Part shown: positions 27,985 to 41,109 of the stretch, one piece after another | How positions within the stretch are numbered: the stretch's first letter is position 1 | Layout of the letters: each line of letters opens with the position of its first letter | NCBI GenBank assembly: GCA_951406725.2 | Contig: OX597815.1 | Location: 157,852,001-157,916,000, forward strand | Length of the DNA stretch: 64,000 nt | Origin: Octopus vulgaris | Taxonomy: Eukaryota | Direction of reading: 5' to 3' | Program-made: the position numbers and the translations under genes | The notes under the pieces: generated by a model | Told to the model about the DNA's origin: nothing | Seen by the model: only the letters and a program-made list of their open reading frames with translations | The model's database searches: none

Positions 27985-28930
27985 TATTCTTTTCTGATAT
28001 CTGGAGCGTTTGCCTGCTACTGCTATGATATGATGTTTCAACTCTTCTATCACTGTCCCAAATTCTTTCTTTTTGACTAAATAACTTTTCTCGGGAGATT
28101 TGCATCTTTTTTTCCTAACTTGTTCAGTTTCCAGGTTTCTATTCTACTCAGATCTTGTCTTGAAGTCTTCATCTTATTTTGTAGTCTACTTTTTCCACTT
28201 TTGCTCTTTTTTAATGTTTCCCTGTGAGATATCTAATCTTCTGGTGACTACTACTCCTCTTGCATAGATCAATAAGTTACTGCCCTCTATATTTTTAGTA
28301 TCTATCCTTTTGATAACAGAATCTACTTTCCTGGTCATTTCTTGTAGCTTTCTTCTGTTGCTGTCTTTTAATGCGGGCAATCATTTTCTTACTTTCTGCA
28401 ACTCATCTAAAATTTTCTGATCTTCCTCACTTAAATCACCTCAGTCTTGGATGCCAGTTGTTCCTTCCTTATTGGTAGCCCTATTATTATTTTTTTCTTT
28501 GAATTCTTCTTTGGTTTGAAATGTATCTCTTATATTGTTGTTTGTCTTTCCTACTGCCTGGTCTTTCTTTTCCAGTTCTCTTGTGATATCTTCTACCTCC
28601 ATTTCTGTCATCCACTTTCTTCTCCTAATTGCATTAGCTTGATTAACTAATCTCTGATCATTCACTTTAAACATACCCTTCTCTACCCAAAGTGTTAACA
28701 TCCGTTTTCTAATACCCTCTTCTTTTAGGTTTACTTTCTAAGTAGCACTGTATCACTATCCTGTTTTCTTCGCAGGTCCACTTCTTCCTCCTTACTCTGT
28801 TATCTGCCGATGCTGTATTAGGATGATAGTTGTGGTCAGTTTACATCGTTACTGATCCAATGCTTTATTTTCGCTGTTACAACCAGAGTTTTTCGGAAAC
28901 TCCAGTCTGTCATAAACTGAGGTAAGGTAA
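27985..28930 (-). mobile_element. R4-clade element, N-terminal ORF fragment (lineage E)
   Basis: RRKWTCEENRIVIQCY, MLTLWVEKGMFKVNDQRLVNQANAIRRRKWMTEME and NLLIYARGVVVTRRL: the Myb-like and pre-RT region typical of R4/Dong. Confidence 0.8.
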
Positions 28931-29397
28931 CGTTCATCACCATCGTCATCACCACTATTATTTCTCGACATCTGAAAATTACAAGCAACTTTCTATAGCA
29001 TCATTTGTTGCACCTTTCTGCTGGTGAGTGGTGTGTGCTGCATCTTTTTGGCGGGTGTGTGTACGGTGGGGGGATATTGTATTGTATCAGTACGTTTTGT
29101 TATGGGATTTTGTTTAAGTCTTCTGTTGTATTAGTTTTTATCTTGTGTGCTGTTTGTGTGGCGCAAGTTGTGTTCTTCTGTCGGGTATCGGCCTTCTGTG
29201 GCGCATGTTGTGACTTTGTTCATTTTGTTGGGTGTTTACAGTATGAGCTTATTCTTGTATATTTTTGGACGGGTGTTGCATAGTAGTGTGTGTATGTGTG
29301 TGTAACTTCTAAATCAACTATTTTATAGTATTTATGATTGTCCGTCCATCGTCCTTTTGCTTGGTATTGTTATGGCTTCCGTTAACTATTATTACTA

Positions 29398-29489
<92 letters not shown>

Positions 29490-29631
29490 AACAACAACAA
29501 TAATAATAATAATATTTATAGGATTGAGTTTACCCCTCCAGAAAGTATAGATTGACAAGTTTATTTTTGAACCTGTGGAAGATACACGAGATGTCGAAAT
29601 ATTTGTTCATTTGATAACAGTGGCACTCTTC

Positions 29632-29721
<90 letters not shown>

Positions 29722-29727
<6 letters not shown>

Positions 29728-29852
29728 TAGTTTTATTTTTATATCGTGTTTTCACATCACTACCGAGCGCAGCTCTGTGTGCCTTGGGTATGTGCTGTGG
29801 TGTGTGATGCTTTGATGGTTACTGTATTGAAAGTGTTTTGCGTAGGATGTGT
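29722..29852 (-). mobile_element. Extreme 3' end (3' UTR) of R4/Dong lineage B in (TAA)n
   Basis: Matches 15361-15492. Confidence 0.9.
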
Positions 29853-30120
29853 TTTATTATTATTATTATTGTTATTATTATTATTATCACTTTCAATATC
29901 ATCTTCTTTCAATTCTGTTTCCTTTTCTTGCCGAGTGCCTCCCTGTATACATTTGTAGGACATTAAAATAATCACACCAGATTGTTCATTTACAAAGTCA
30001 TGTGATAGAAAAAAGGGGAAGAAAGACAGAGACGAAAAGAAAAATATATAAATTGTAAAAGTAAACAAAGAAAATAAAGGACAAAAAAGAAAATTCACTT
30101 ATTGTTTTTGCTGTTGTTAC

Positions 30121-30156
<36 letters not shown>

Positions 30157-30157
<1 letters not shown>

Positions 30158-30589
30158 GAGTGAGAGAGCAGTTCATGCCATCAAAGTGACACTGGGGTAA
30201 AATATACGAAGCCCAATATACCCATCATGACTACCCGTCTGATAAAGGTACACCAGGCACATGCATCACAACCATATGTGCGCGACATGGTGATCTCATA
30301 TCAAGATAAACAGCACATGACCTTGCAGGTGGGGCCCAGTTAGAATTTTCTTCAGGTTGAGTAGCCCATCCTGCTCAAACGGTCCCTGCATAAGGGTTGT
30401 TTAAGGATGTTGAAAGAACCACCCATGTTTCCAGAGTGAACTATTCAAACCCCAAAGAATCCCTCTCAACACATGGCTATGATGCTCCCCCACTACTTCT
30501 GCTCGTGATCAGAGATGCACATATCGTCAGCCACTAAGGGACATGCTCAACTGGTTAAGGTCAAACAACTGACAAGCAAATCTGTGGTT
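30157..30589 (-). mobile_element. Non-coding ~430-bp element inserted in (TAA)n (candidate non-autonomous passenger)
   Basis: Near-identical to 57601-58033. Both copies are flanked by (TTA)n and have the same two endpoints. No meaningful ORF. Confidence 0.85.
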
Positions 30590-30851
30590 ATTATAATAAT
30601 TATTATTATTATTATTATTATTACTTTTTTTTTCTTCTTTCAAATTTGCTTCCATTTCTTGCCGAGTGTCTTCCCGACTCCTAGGGCAAAGAAACTCATA
30701 GTATACATTGGTAGGCCATTAAACCAAACTCAATAGTTCGTTCATTTTTTTAATTTTTTTTTTTTAAGTTAAATTAAAATACATGAGCAGCAACAGTTCT
30801 CACATCGACAATGCTCTTCTCAATACGTGTGATGTACCAGTTAAGACAATC

Positions 30852-30951
<100 letters not shown>

Positions 30952-30967
30952 AATTATTATTATTGTT

Positions 30968-32772
30968 ATTCAGTAGTCTTATTTTTATTATGTGCTTTCA
31001 CTTCACTACCAAGCACAGCTCTGTGTGCCTTGGGTATGCGCTGTGATTTGTTGTGATGTTCTGATGGTTACTGTATTGAAAGTGTTTTGTGCAGGATGTG
31101 TGCAGTGCCTAGTAGTGCAATTTTCTGTATGTTATATATATTTGTAAGTCCTGGTGTTTTTGTTATGTATTTGTCTGAATATTTTTTTTATCATACCTAA
31201 TGCGCCTACTATGATAGGAATTGTTTCTGTTTCTAGATTCCACATTCGAGTTACCTCTATTTCCAGGTCCTTGTATTTTGAAAGTTTCTCCATTTCTTTT
31301 AGAGGCATGCTGTCATCTGCTGGTATTGATACATCAATTAGAAACCATTTTTTTCCTTCATGATCTCTGACAACTATATCTGGCCTATCTGTGTGTATTG
31401 GCATATCCCAGAGTATGGTTGCTTTCTTGTTTTCTGTGACCTTTTCTGGTGTGTGCCTATACCATCTTTTTTCTGTTGTTATTCCATAGTGTTGGCATAG
31501 CTTTCAGTCTATGTAGGTCCCAACTCTGTCGTGTCTCTGAATATATTCCTTCTTAGCCAGGACTAGGCAGCCAGATATAATATGATTTATTGTTTCTTGT
31601 CCATCTCCGCATATTCTGCAGTTACTTGTAATGTTTCTTTTCATTATATGTTTTTGGTAATTTCTGGTGGGGAGGCTTTGGTCTTGTGCTGCAATTAAAA
31701 ATCCCTCCGTCTCTGCTTTGAGTCCTGAGCTTCTCAACCATTGCTGGGATTTTTCTCATCATTATTATCATTCTTCTTCTTCTTCTTCTTCTTCTTCTTC
31801 TTCTTCTTCTTCTTCTTCTTCTTCTTCTTCTTCTTCTTCTTCTTCTTCTTCTTCTTCTTCTTCTTCTTCTTCTTCTTCTTCTTCTTCTTCTTCTTCTTCA
31901 TATTTGTTAGGAAGTATGATTTCTTGTTCGTATTTGTCAGCTTCCTTAAAAACTGAGAAAAGATTTTTGTTTTGCTCGTGTTTTGCCACTATTCGTATCA
32001 GTTTTCCTTGCTTCTGAAGTAGATATTTTTGCAGTCCTATGGTGGTTATTTTATAATAGATTTCCAGCTCTATAAAGCCTCTACCACCTTCTATACGTTG
32101 TATATATAGCCTTTCCATGTCAGATTTTGGGTGGTGCATCCTAGATCCTATTATTATTTTTCTTGTTTTCCTGTCTATTTTGGTTAGTTCATTTAGTGTC
32201 CAGTTAAGGATATTGTAGCTGTAACTTATAACTGGGACGGCTAAAGTGTTAATACATATTATCTTGTTTTTAGCATTGAGCTCTGTTTTTAGTATTGATC
32301 TAACTCGTCTATAGTATTATTTCTTTATTTTCTCTTTCATTTGTGTGTGTTGTATCATATCTAGTTCATGGATTCCTAAATATTTGTATGTCTGGCTTTG
32401 ATCTAATTCTCTTATTTCATTGGCTTTATCTAGCGTGATGTTGCTACTCTTAACTAGTTTTCCTCTTTTCAGGGTTGCTTTGGCGCATTTTTCTAATCGA
32501 AATTTCATATATATTTCTTTGGTAAATCCATGTACTGCCTTTAGTAGTGTTTCCAGCTGTTTGTCATTTGTAGCGTATAGTTTTAGGTCATCCAATATAT
32601 AAAAGGTGGCTGATTGTTTTGCCGTAACATTTGTATCCGCATCCAGTTCTGTTTAGCATATCAGATAGAGGTGTTAGTGCTAAGCAGAAAAGGAGTGGAG
32701 AGAACCTGTCTCCCTGGAATATTCCTCTTCTAATAGGGGGGAGCGTTGGATTTCACGAATCCCTCTTTTGTT
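30968..32772 (-). mobile_element. R4/Dong lineage B, 5'-truncated copy with poly-Glu expansion
   Basis: Colinear with 15361-17185 (RT C-terminal half, CCHC, RLE, 3' UTR). (GAA)n at about 31771-31900. Confidence 0.92.
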
Positions 32773-33889
32773 TGTAATTCGTATTTGAATACGTTTCTCA
32801 TTAACTATTACAAATATTAGTGCCGCTTGACAAATAGTGTTTTCATATGACTTTGAATGCTTTATGATTTTACTTCGTTTTTCGTATAACCAGTTCTGTT
32901 TTCCGCATGTAGAATAGATTGTGCTGAACAGAAGAAAAAGGCGTGCACTTGATATCCAAATAACTTACTTGAAAGTTAGGCGAAACTTTGGAAAACAAAA
33001 TTCAAACATTTTCCTCAGTCATAATTGATAAAAAAAAGACTTTTTATTTTGAATTGCTACTAAGATATGAGGGCAACCATTGAAACAATCAACCAAACGC
33101 GCATACAAGCTATATAAGAGTGACATCCTTACTTTCTTGTGGTTGGTTACATTGGCACAGAATATCTGTAAAAAACTTAAAATGTAATACTTGGAACTCG
33201 AAACTGCACCTAGTTGAGACCTTTTACGGATATCATGTCTCAAAATTCACGCTCAAATTTTATTTATGACAAACCTTTGTCTTGTATACATTTCTAGACT
33301 AGTTATCAAAAAGACTTAGTGTTAAACCCATTCTTGAATCAATACACACATCGGTTTGCTATTAAAACATTTTATAAATCAATAAATTCCTTAACAATAA
33401 GGCTCCCTCTATTTTTTCTGCACATTTCTAAACTGGCAATTGAACTAGACAAGTTATATCTTCTAATTACAGCTTTTAGTAAAATAAAGCTTGTACTTGA
33501 CATAATAATCATCGGAAAGAGAAAAATATTAACACAAAGACTTATCAAAATCAGATACAATTTATTTCTTATTTGATATTTCCATTTTCGTTTTATATTA
33601 ATTACATAACAAATTATGATCATTGAATATTGCACCTTATGAGTGAATAGAATTTCTTTTCATCAAGTTCCTGTAAATGTGTATCGAAACATACACAATT
33701 ATATGCATGCACATATACATTTGTGTGTATGTGTGAACACACATGCATCTATGTACGAGTATGTGCATATGTTGAAATACTTTTGTGGTGCTATATATAC
33801 CAAAAACATATAAGAAGCCAATGAATGTGAAACTATACATTTGTATGTGAATGTATTACATTCATATATGTGTATGTATATGTGCATAA

Positions 33890-35330
33890 GGCTGAAGCCC
33901 TCCGCCAACTTCAAGACACCTCCTTCTATTGCCTTCTGCCCTCTAATTCCACGCCTAGCTACCAACACTATCCATGACCACATCTCTTCCCTCCGCCCCC
34001 TCCCACCGCCTCCAACCTCATTTTCCGCACTCTACGCACCCCCACCATTTACTTCCTTCCCCAAATCCACAAGCCCAACAACCCTGGCCGCCCCATCGTT
34101 CCCTCCTGTAACTGCCCCGCGGAATTGATCTCAAAATACATCAACCATGTCCTTGCACCCTTAGTGGCATCTCTTCCGTCCCACATCCACTAACCATGCT
34201 CTCCGTCTCTTCAGCTCTTTCTCCATAACTCCTGGCCCCTCTAAACTTCTCTTCAATCTTGATATCGAGAGTCTATATATGCCGATCCCATTCAACGAAG
34301 GACGTCTTACACTCAAACACCTCCTAGACCTTCTACCTAGCCCCCAATCTGACACCTTCAAACTTCGTCTGGCTTAACTTGTTCTCTCAACTGCTTCTCG
34401 TTCGCGGGGAATTTTTATCAACAATACTCGGCTGTGACCATGGGAACGAGAATGTGCCCCAACTATGCGAACATGTTCGTTGGCTACGTTGAGGCCCAAA
34501 TATTCTAACGACTCACTGGTCGTTATATTGATGACTATATCGGTGCAACTTCATTCTCCCGCGAACAACTAGGCTCCTTCTCTTTTTCCAATCCTTCCAC
34601 CCATTCCACGAATTTTCCTGCACTATTTCCAACACTTACGTCGCATTTCTGGACATTTCGGTCAACATACACCACTCTGCTCTCACTACACCCATCCACT
34701 TCAAACACACCGACTCACACTCATGCCGTAACTTCTCCTCCCACCCTACCCATATCAGGCTCTCCATCCTCTACTACCAATTCCTCCGTCTGAGCAAGCA
34801 CTGCAGTGACAACCATGTCTTCGAGACTCAGTCTCAGCTCATGGCTCGCCACTTCATCCTTCATGGATATCTCCTCACCACTATCCATACAGCGCTTGCC
34901 AGAGCACATTTCATGGACCGTGCCTCTGCTCTCTCACCCTGCACCCGCCTCGCCGATTCCTGTCTTCCGTTTCCCCTCACCTACTACCCTCCACCCTGCC
35001 CCTCCAATGCACCATTCTCCCAGCCATCCGGTGACTCCAGTCCGACCCTTCTACTTCACACATCTTCCCCAATCTACCCCTTCCCTCCTTCAAACGAGCC
35101 CACAACCTGTGTGACCACCTGGTCCACACTTTCTTCCCTAACCCAACCTCCCAACCTGGCTCGTTCCCTTGACGCCGCCCACGCTGCGCACTTGCCCCTA
35201 CCTCTCCAAAACCGCCATCCTCACAGGCACCCATCATCGTCCCTATTATATCACCGAATCCTTTACCTCCACTTCTAGCAACGTCATTTACTGAATTCCT
35301 GCTCTTTCTGTCCTTCTCTGTTCATCGGTC
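33890..35330 (+). mobile_element. Degenerate C-rich Penelope-like element
   Basis: LDIESLY, MGTRMCPNYANMFVGYVE, RYIDD, AFLDISV, KHTDSH and SNVIY at the start of GIY-YIG. Many stops and frameshifts. Confidence 0.85.
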
Positions 35331-35414
35331 TTTTTTTTTACCAACCAGTCGCCATACTTGACCACTAAATCCACAATTTTTTAAAATTCTTTCTTTGTTT
35401 CTTTTCTCTTATTC

Positions 35415-35450
35415 TCTTCCGTTGAAGAGCGTTGGCTCGAAACGTAAAAG
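35415..35450 (+). ncRNA. Minimal hammerhead-like motif in the PLE 3' terminal region
   Basis: tctt CCGTTGA a gagc-gttg-gctc GAAA CGTA aaag, on the same strand and just 3' of the PLE ORF. Confidence 0.5.
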
Positions 35451-36159
35451 GCTTTCCCACTGAGAGAGAGAGGGAACCTCTTCACCGTTTCCTCTCTCTC
35501 ACTCCTCCTCCTCGACTCTTTCGTCGCTGATAAGTGACGAAAGAAAATCCACCTTTCTACCCACAACCTTCGTAAAGACTAAACGTGCTTATACTGTCTC
35601 CTTCATAAACTCGTCTTCCTAAACGTTCAGAATAATTTTACCATCGTCTTTGCTTAACAACCCTCACCGTTTGTTTTTACTGTTTTGTTCTCATTGTTCA
35701 GTTTTTTAATGTTTTTACCTTTTTATTGTTTTTACTGGCTTGTTCTTACTGTCCTGTTATTGTTACCACTTTCACTCTCCGCAAAAAATCCCAAATTTTA
35801 CTTAATTTGCTTTGCGGAAAGGACTGTTTAAACGAGGTCGCGTCTTGTCCTTACCTTCGGAACCTGGAGTAGTTGAAACAGGGCCAACTGAAGAAGGGGA
35901 ATATTCTTTATGTTGTATGTCTCGTTTCTCTGTTTGTTTGCTTTTTTTCATTGTTCAAAAAAAGTTCGTTTCTATGGTTTTATTTTTATGTTTACGTTTC
36001 TCATTGTGTTCAAAGTTTTTTTAATGTCCTGTACCCACATATGCATATATATATAAATATATATGTAGGTATGTACATATAAGTATGCATATATGCATAT
36101 AATTATATATCATTTATACTATATTATATTATATTATATTATATTATATATATATATAT

Positions 36160-36306
36160 ATAGGACAGACTTCTTTCATTTTCCGTCAACCAAATTCACT
36201 CACATAGCTATAGTACAAGACAATTGCCCAAGGTGCCACGCAGTGGGACAGAACCCGAAACCATGTGTTTGAGAAGCAAGCTTCTTAGCACACAGACACG
36301 CCCGCA
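36160..36306 (-). mobile_element. tRNA-derived SINE fragment (family S2)
   Basis: Reverse complement of gctaagaagcttgcttctcaaacacatggtttcgggttctgtcccactgcgtggcaccttgggcaa. Relatives at about 25960-26085 and 46715-47036. Confidence 0.75.
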
Positions 36307-36309
36307 CCT

Positions 36310-36960
<651 letters not shown>

Positions 36961-36969
<9 letters not shown>

Positions 36970-37592
36970 TAAATTAGAGATAAAACCACTATTAGGCAAA
37001 TCAAACAGTGAAAAACATAAGCCAATACATAAAATTAATTTTAAAATATAGAAGTTAAAAATTAAAAAATTATTTAAATAATTTAAACTAATAAATTTTA
37101 AATATATATATACAAATATATATATATATGTATGTATGTATATTTTTATATTTATATATTTAATTAATTAATTAATTAATTAATTAATTAATTAATTAAT
37201 TAATTTATTTATTTTAATTTAATTTATTTTTATTTTATTTTTTTTTTTGTTTTTTTTGTTTTATAAATATCAAAAGTATTAAAAGTTTAATAAAAGATAA
37301 ACTTTTAATACTTTTGATATTTATAAAAAAAAAAAAAACAAAAATAAAATAAAATAAAAATAAATAAATAAATAAATAAATTAATTAATAAAATAATATA
37401 TAAATATAAAAATATACATACATACATATATATATATTTGTATATATATATTTAAAGTTTATTAGTTTAAATTATTTAAATAATTTTTTAATTTTTAACT
37501 TTTATATTTTTAAATTAATTTTATGTATTGGCTTATGTTTTTCACTGTTTGATTTGCTTAATAGTGGTTTTATCTCTAATTTAATATAATAT
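36961..37592. repeat. ~630-bp near-perfect AT-rich palindrome
   Basis: attaaattagagataaaaccactattaggcaaatcaaacagtgaaaaacataagccaatac... is mirrored at 37523-37586. Centre aaaagttta-ataaaaga-taaactttt, loop about 37290-37297. Confidence 0.95.
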
Positions 37593-37647
37593 AATATATC
37601 TATACTATAAAATTGGATTTAATCCTAAATCTAATTTTTTCCCTGTA

Positions 37648-39672
37648 ATGATTGATTGATTGATTCTAGTTTCAGCTTATGAGCTGTGGCCATGCTGGGG
37701 CACCGCCATTTGGTGTTGCTACTTGGTTTCACTTCATGGAGGCTTTCTAGCAACTGCTATTTGGTGCATGAGAGAGTTCGATGCAGCTGCCCTCATCTGC
37801 CCCTCCAGCCGTGAAGTTGGTTCATCTGGGACACCTGACAGGAAGAGATCCAGCTCCATTTTAAAGACATCTGTATCCACCCCATGCAGGTCTCTCAGGT
37901 TCTTCGGGAGGATATTGAAGAGCTGTGGGCCTCGGAAGCCCAGGCTATCACAGAATCTTGTCCTACATCTTGATGGCAAGTTTGGAGTCCTAGGCACCAC
38001 GCAGTGGCGCCCAGTTCTGGCATTTGCGTAACTCTCGATGCCAAAGTTCAGGACACTTCCCTCCAGGATCTTCCAGATGTATATTATGGCATATCTTTCC
38101 CGCCTACGCTCCAGGGAATATAATTTTAATCTCTTGAGTCTTTCCCAGTAGCTTACATTCTGCATAGAGGCTATTTTCTTCGTGTAGCTTCGTTGGATCG
38201 CCTCAAGTTCTGTGATCAACTTGACACTGGATGGTGACCATAGCTGAGAGCAATAGTCAAAGTGACTTAGGACAAGTGTCTTCCAGAGGACCATCATGGT
38301 TTCTTGTTCTCTTGTTCTAAAGGTTCTAAGAATCCATCCAGCCAGCCGTCTGCATTTCATTGTCAGTTTAGCAACATGTACATGAAAGGTCGCGTCATCA
38401 CTCATGTGAATACCCAGGTCACGCACTGATTGTGCCTCTGGGATTGCAATCCCTCCGGGTCCAGTGTATTCCTTGGGTATTGCATTCAGTTTTGCATGCT
38501 GATAGTATAAAGCTTGAAACTTTTCAGCATTGAACTGCATGCTATTCTTTTCAGCCCACTTGTATATTTCGTCCAGCTCATATTGCAGGTGCCTAGTGTC
38601 TTCAGGGTTCTGTATTGCCTGTGAAACTTTTGTATCATCTGCATAACTTGTGATCGTGGCTCTCCGCGTGGCTGAGGGCATGTCTGAGAGGGCCATTATG
38701 AACAGTAGTGGTCCCAAAACAGTGCCCTGTGGAACACCGCTCACTATTTGCGTGCTAATGGAAGTGGCCCCATTGGCTACTACCACCTGACTTCTATTCT
38801 TCAGAAAGTCGTGAAGCCATTCTCCTAGTTTTCCAACTATGCCAAGATCACGCAGTTTGTGACATATCATTACATGATCGACTTTATCGAAGGCCTTTGC
38901 GAAGTCGAGATATATGACTTCCACATTTGAGTGGTTGAGCAGTTGTTTCAGCACCCAGTCATAGTGCTGCAGGAGCTGAGTTAAGCAGCTTCTTCCTGGT
39001 CGGAAACCATGTTGGGTGTCAGGCAGCAAGTCATTTTCTTCAAGGAAGGTGATTAGTTTCCTTCTGACTATTCGTTCCATGACCTTGCTGATGTGTGAGG
39101 TCAGAGAGATAGGTCTGTAGTTCTTGGCCTCCGCTCTGCTACCTCCTTTATGAATAGGGCATATTTTACCTTCCTTCAGTTTTCTTGGAAGTTTGCCAGC
39201 TGCAAGGAAGCTCTGAAAGAGGAACTGCAGTGGTCTTGCTAAGACTCTCTTACATACTTTTAGGAGGATTGCCGGGAATCCATCGGGGCCAATAGCTGAG
39301 TCTATTTTCATTTCATCTATAGCCTTTATTACATCGTCTTCCTTTATATCGATGTAATTTATCGTCGCCGCCTCTGATTCTATATCTGCAGTGGTAAAGA
39401 AGTCAGTTGGATTGCTGATTTGGAAATGCCCAAGGGGTGGAGTGAAAACACTCTTGAATTGTTCATTCAGTATTTCACTTACCCTCATTGGTTTTCCTGT
39501 GAGTGTGCCATCCTTTTCAAGGAGTGGCCCTATCCTACAGTGCACCGTAGCTGTTTCTTTGGCATACCTGTAGAAAGCTCTGGGGTTAGTTTTTATGTTG
39601 TCTATAGCCCAGGCTTCTTTGTCTGCTCTTTCCTTCTCATGGGAGAGTTGCAGACTCATGGGAGAGTTGCAG
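37648..39672 (-). mobile_element. 5'-truncated CR1-clade LINE with (AATC)n 3' tail
   Basis: An intact RT ORF, a short 3' UTR and a tgattgattgattgatt tail on the + strand. Confidence 0.9.
37734..39659 (-). CDS. Reverse transcriptase (ORF2 without endonuclease) of a CR1-like LINE, 641 aa open
   Basis: GPDG, NYRPISLTS, QHGFRPGRSC, LDFAKAFDKVDH, GVPQGTVLGPLLF, YADD, RDLGI and LERRRERY. The start Met probably arises at the truncation junction. Confidence 0.9.
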   Translation of the reverse strand: MSLQLSHEKERADKEAWAIDNIKTNPRAFYRYAKETATVHCRIGPLLEKDGTLTGKPMRVSEILNEQFKSVFTPPLGHFQISNPTDFFTTADIESEAATINYIDIKEDDVIKAIDEMKIDSAIGPDGFPAILLKVCKRVLARPLQFLFQSFLAAGKLPRKLKEGKICPIHKGGSRAEAKNYRPISLTSHISKVMERIVRRKLITFLEENDLLPDTQHGFRPGRSCLTQLLQHYDWVLKQLLNHSNVEVIYLDFAKAFDKVDHVMICHKLRDLGIVGKLGEWLHDFLKNRSQVVVANGATSISTQIVSGVPQGTVLGPLLFIMALSDMPSATRRATITSYADDTKVSQAIQNPEDTRHLQYELDEIYKWAEKNSMQFNAEKFQALYYQHAKLNAIPKEYTGPGGIAIPEAQSVRDLGIHMSDDATFHVHVAKLTMKCRRLAGWILRTFRTREQETMMVLWKTLVLSHFDYCSQLWSPSSVKLITELEAIQRSYTKKIASMQNVSYWERLKRLKLYSLERRRERYAIIYIWKILEGSVLNFGIESYANARTGRHCVVPRTPNLPSRCRTRFCDSLGFRGPQLFNILPKNLRDLHGVDTDVFKMELDLFLSGVPDEPTSRLEGQMRAAASNSLMHQIAVARKPP

Positions 39673-39785
39673 TTTGGATTTATTCCCTAATATATAATAT
39701 ATATATGTAGGTCCCGGGTTGAGTCGGGGTTAACCACAGTAAATAAGGTACTCAATACATAGCAGAGTAAATTAATTTATTATAT

Positions 39786-39836
39786 AGCTTCCTAATGATT
39801 TCTTTTGAATGAAACAGTTCTAGTCCTGTAGAAGCT
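39786..39836 (+). ncRNA. Type I hammerhead ribozyme fold with a G5A core substitution
   Basis: agcttc CTAATGA tttc-tttt-gaat GAAA cag-ttctagtc-ctg TA gaagct: 6-bp stem I, 4-bp stem III, GUA site. Stem II is weak. Confidence 0.65.
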
Positions 39837-40782
39837 CCTTCTATATAATATATATATATATATATATATGTACATAGTGAAACTAATAGAAATGAATCTA
39901 TTAAAAGTGAAACAAAATTATATATATATATATATATATATTACAATAGAGATGTTATTGTTTTACTTTTTACTCGTAATACCAAAACAGTGTAAGAGTT
40001 GACTCCAGGCTCACATTAAACAAGAAGTTGAAATTTTTTTTTACTCATGACACTCCGTGGACCCTAAGTAATGCATGTGTAAAATTTGAATGATACCAGT
40101 TGGGTAGTTCTCGAGTTTAATGATGAACACATACAGAGAGACAGATACATATTCTCAGTTATAGATAATCTCAGGAGACTCGAACTTGAGTCGTCACAGT
40201 TACAGACTTCAAGTCACGACTTTTTCACGAGTTATCGATTAATCAGTGGCTGGTTTTCACATGATACTTTGGTGAAGGTGGCCGAGTCATGTTATACCTC
40301 GACCTAACCAATATCTTCTCACTCGTTATGTAGACGGAAACTGTAAATATACGTACTTCTTAAATATCTCAATTTATAGTTATTTTATATCCTTATTTTT
40401 ACATCATTTTATAAAACGTCTTTGCCCCACTTCGTTTTTATATAACTTATCTGTCCTAGCGCATGAGTTTCTGTAAGCATTTATCAACTTTGCGTAGTTT
40501 AACTGCAGAGAAATAAATATATGTATAATACAAATATCAACAGGCTATAAACTACATTAATAAGCACATGACAAGCGAAAGAATACATCATATTGGCATT
40601 AGAGTTTGTTGTAGGTATTGTCAAAGCTTATCTTGTAAAGCATATTAAGAAAGTAGCCCAGGGTGATGGACTCCTTCCCCGAGGACACCTTTAGATTTAT
40701 GTTAAAATGGCCCGACTTGGCACCGTCCAGGTGTTTGAATGAAGCGAGGAGCCTGGTAGGGCATGAAAGTTCAAAATAAAGC

Positions 40783-40903
40783 TAAGAGGCTTAGTGCCTC
40801 ATTTTTGTTTTTGAACTGTAAAAAATGTAAGAGGCTTGTTTTCTCGTAAATGAATTTTGTATTGCACTGAAAAATGTAAGAGGTTTGTTGCCTCGTAAAT
40901 GTA
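40783..40903. repeat. Short tandem repeat, about 45-49 bp x ~2.5, units carrying gagg(c)..gcctc hairpins
   Basis: taagaggcttagtgcctc / taagaggcttgttttctc / taagaggtttgttgcctc. Confidence 0.7.
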
Positions 40904-41109
40904 ATATAATAGAACAATGTTCTCGGATAAGCAGCAATCGGTGGGCGTTGCTTGTTGCCTTCATTTATCATCATTTTCCTTTGTCATTTCATAACATTAT
41001 GTCCATGTCCTGCCCATAGCTTCCCTTCTGTGTAAGGCCTTTATGGCCAATATAATGAATAAATGAATAAAAGAAATGATGAAGTCGAAAAAATTGCTTC
41101 GAAAATTGC

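Noticed and set aside
35850-35905. Possible type II (permuted) hammerhead, similar to the reverse complement of 23066-23110
   Set aside because: Stems I and III could not be paired convincingly in either copy.
40783-40903. CRISPR-like array
   Set aside because: Eukaryotic context, degenerate repeats, no unique spacers and no cas genes.
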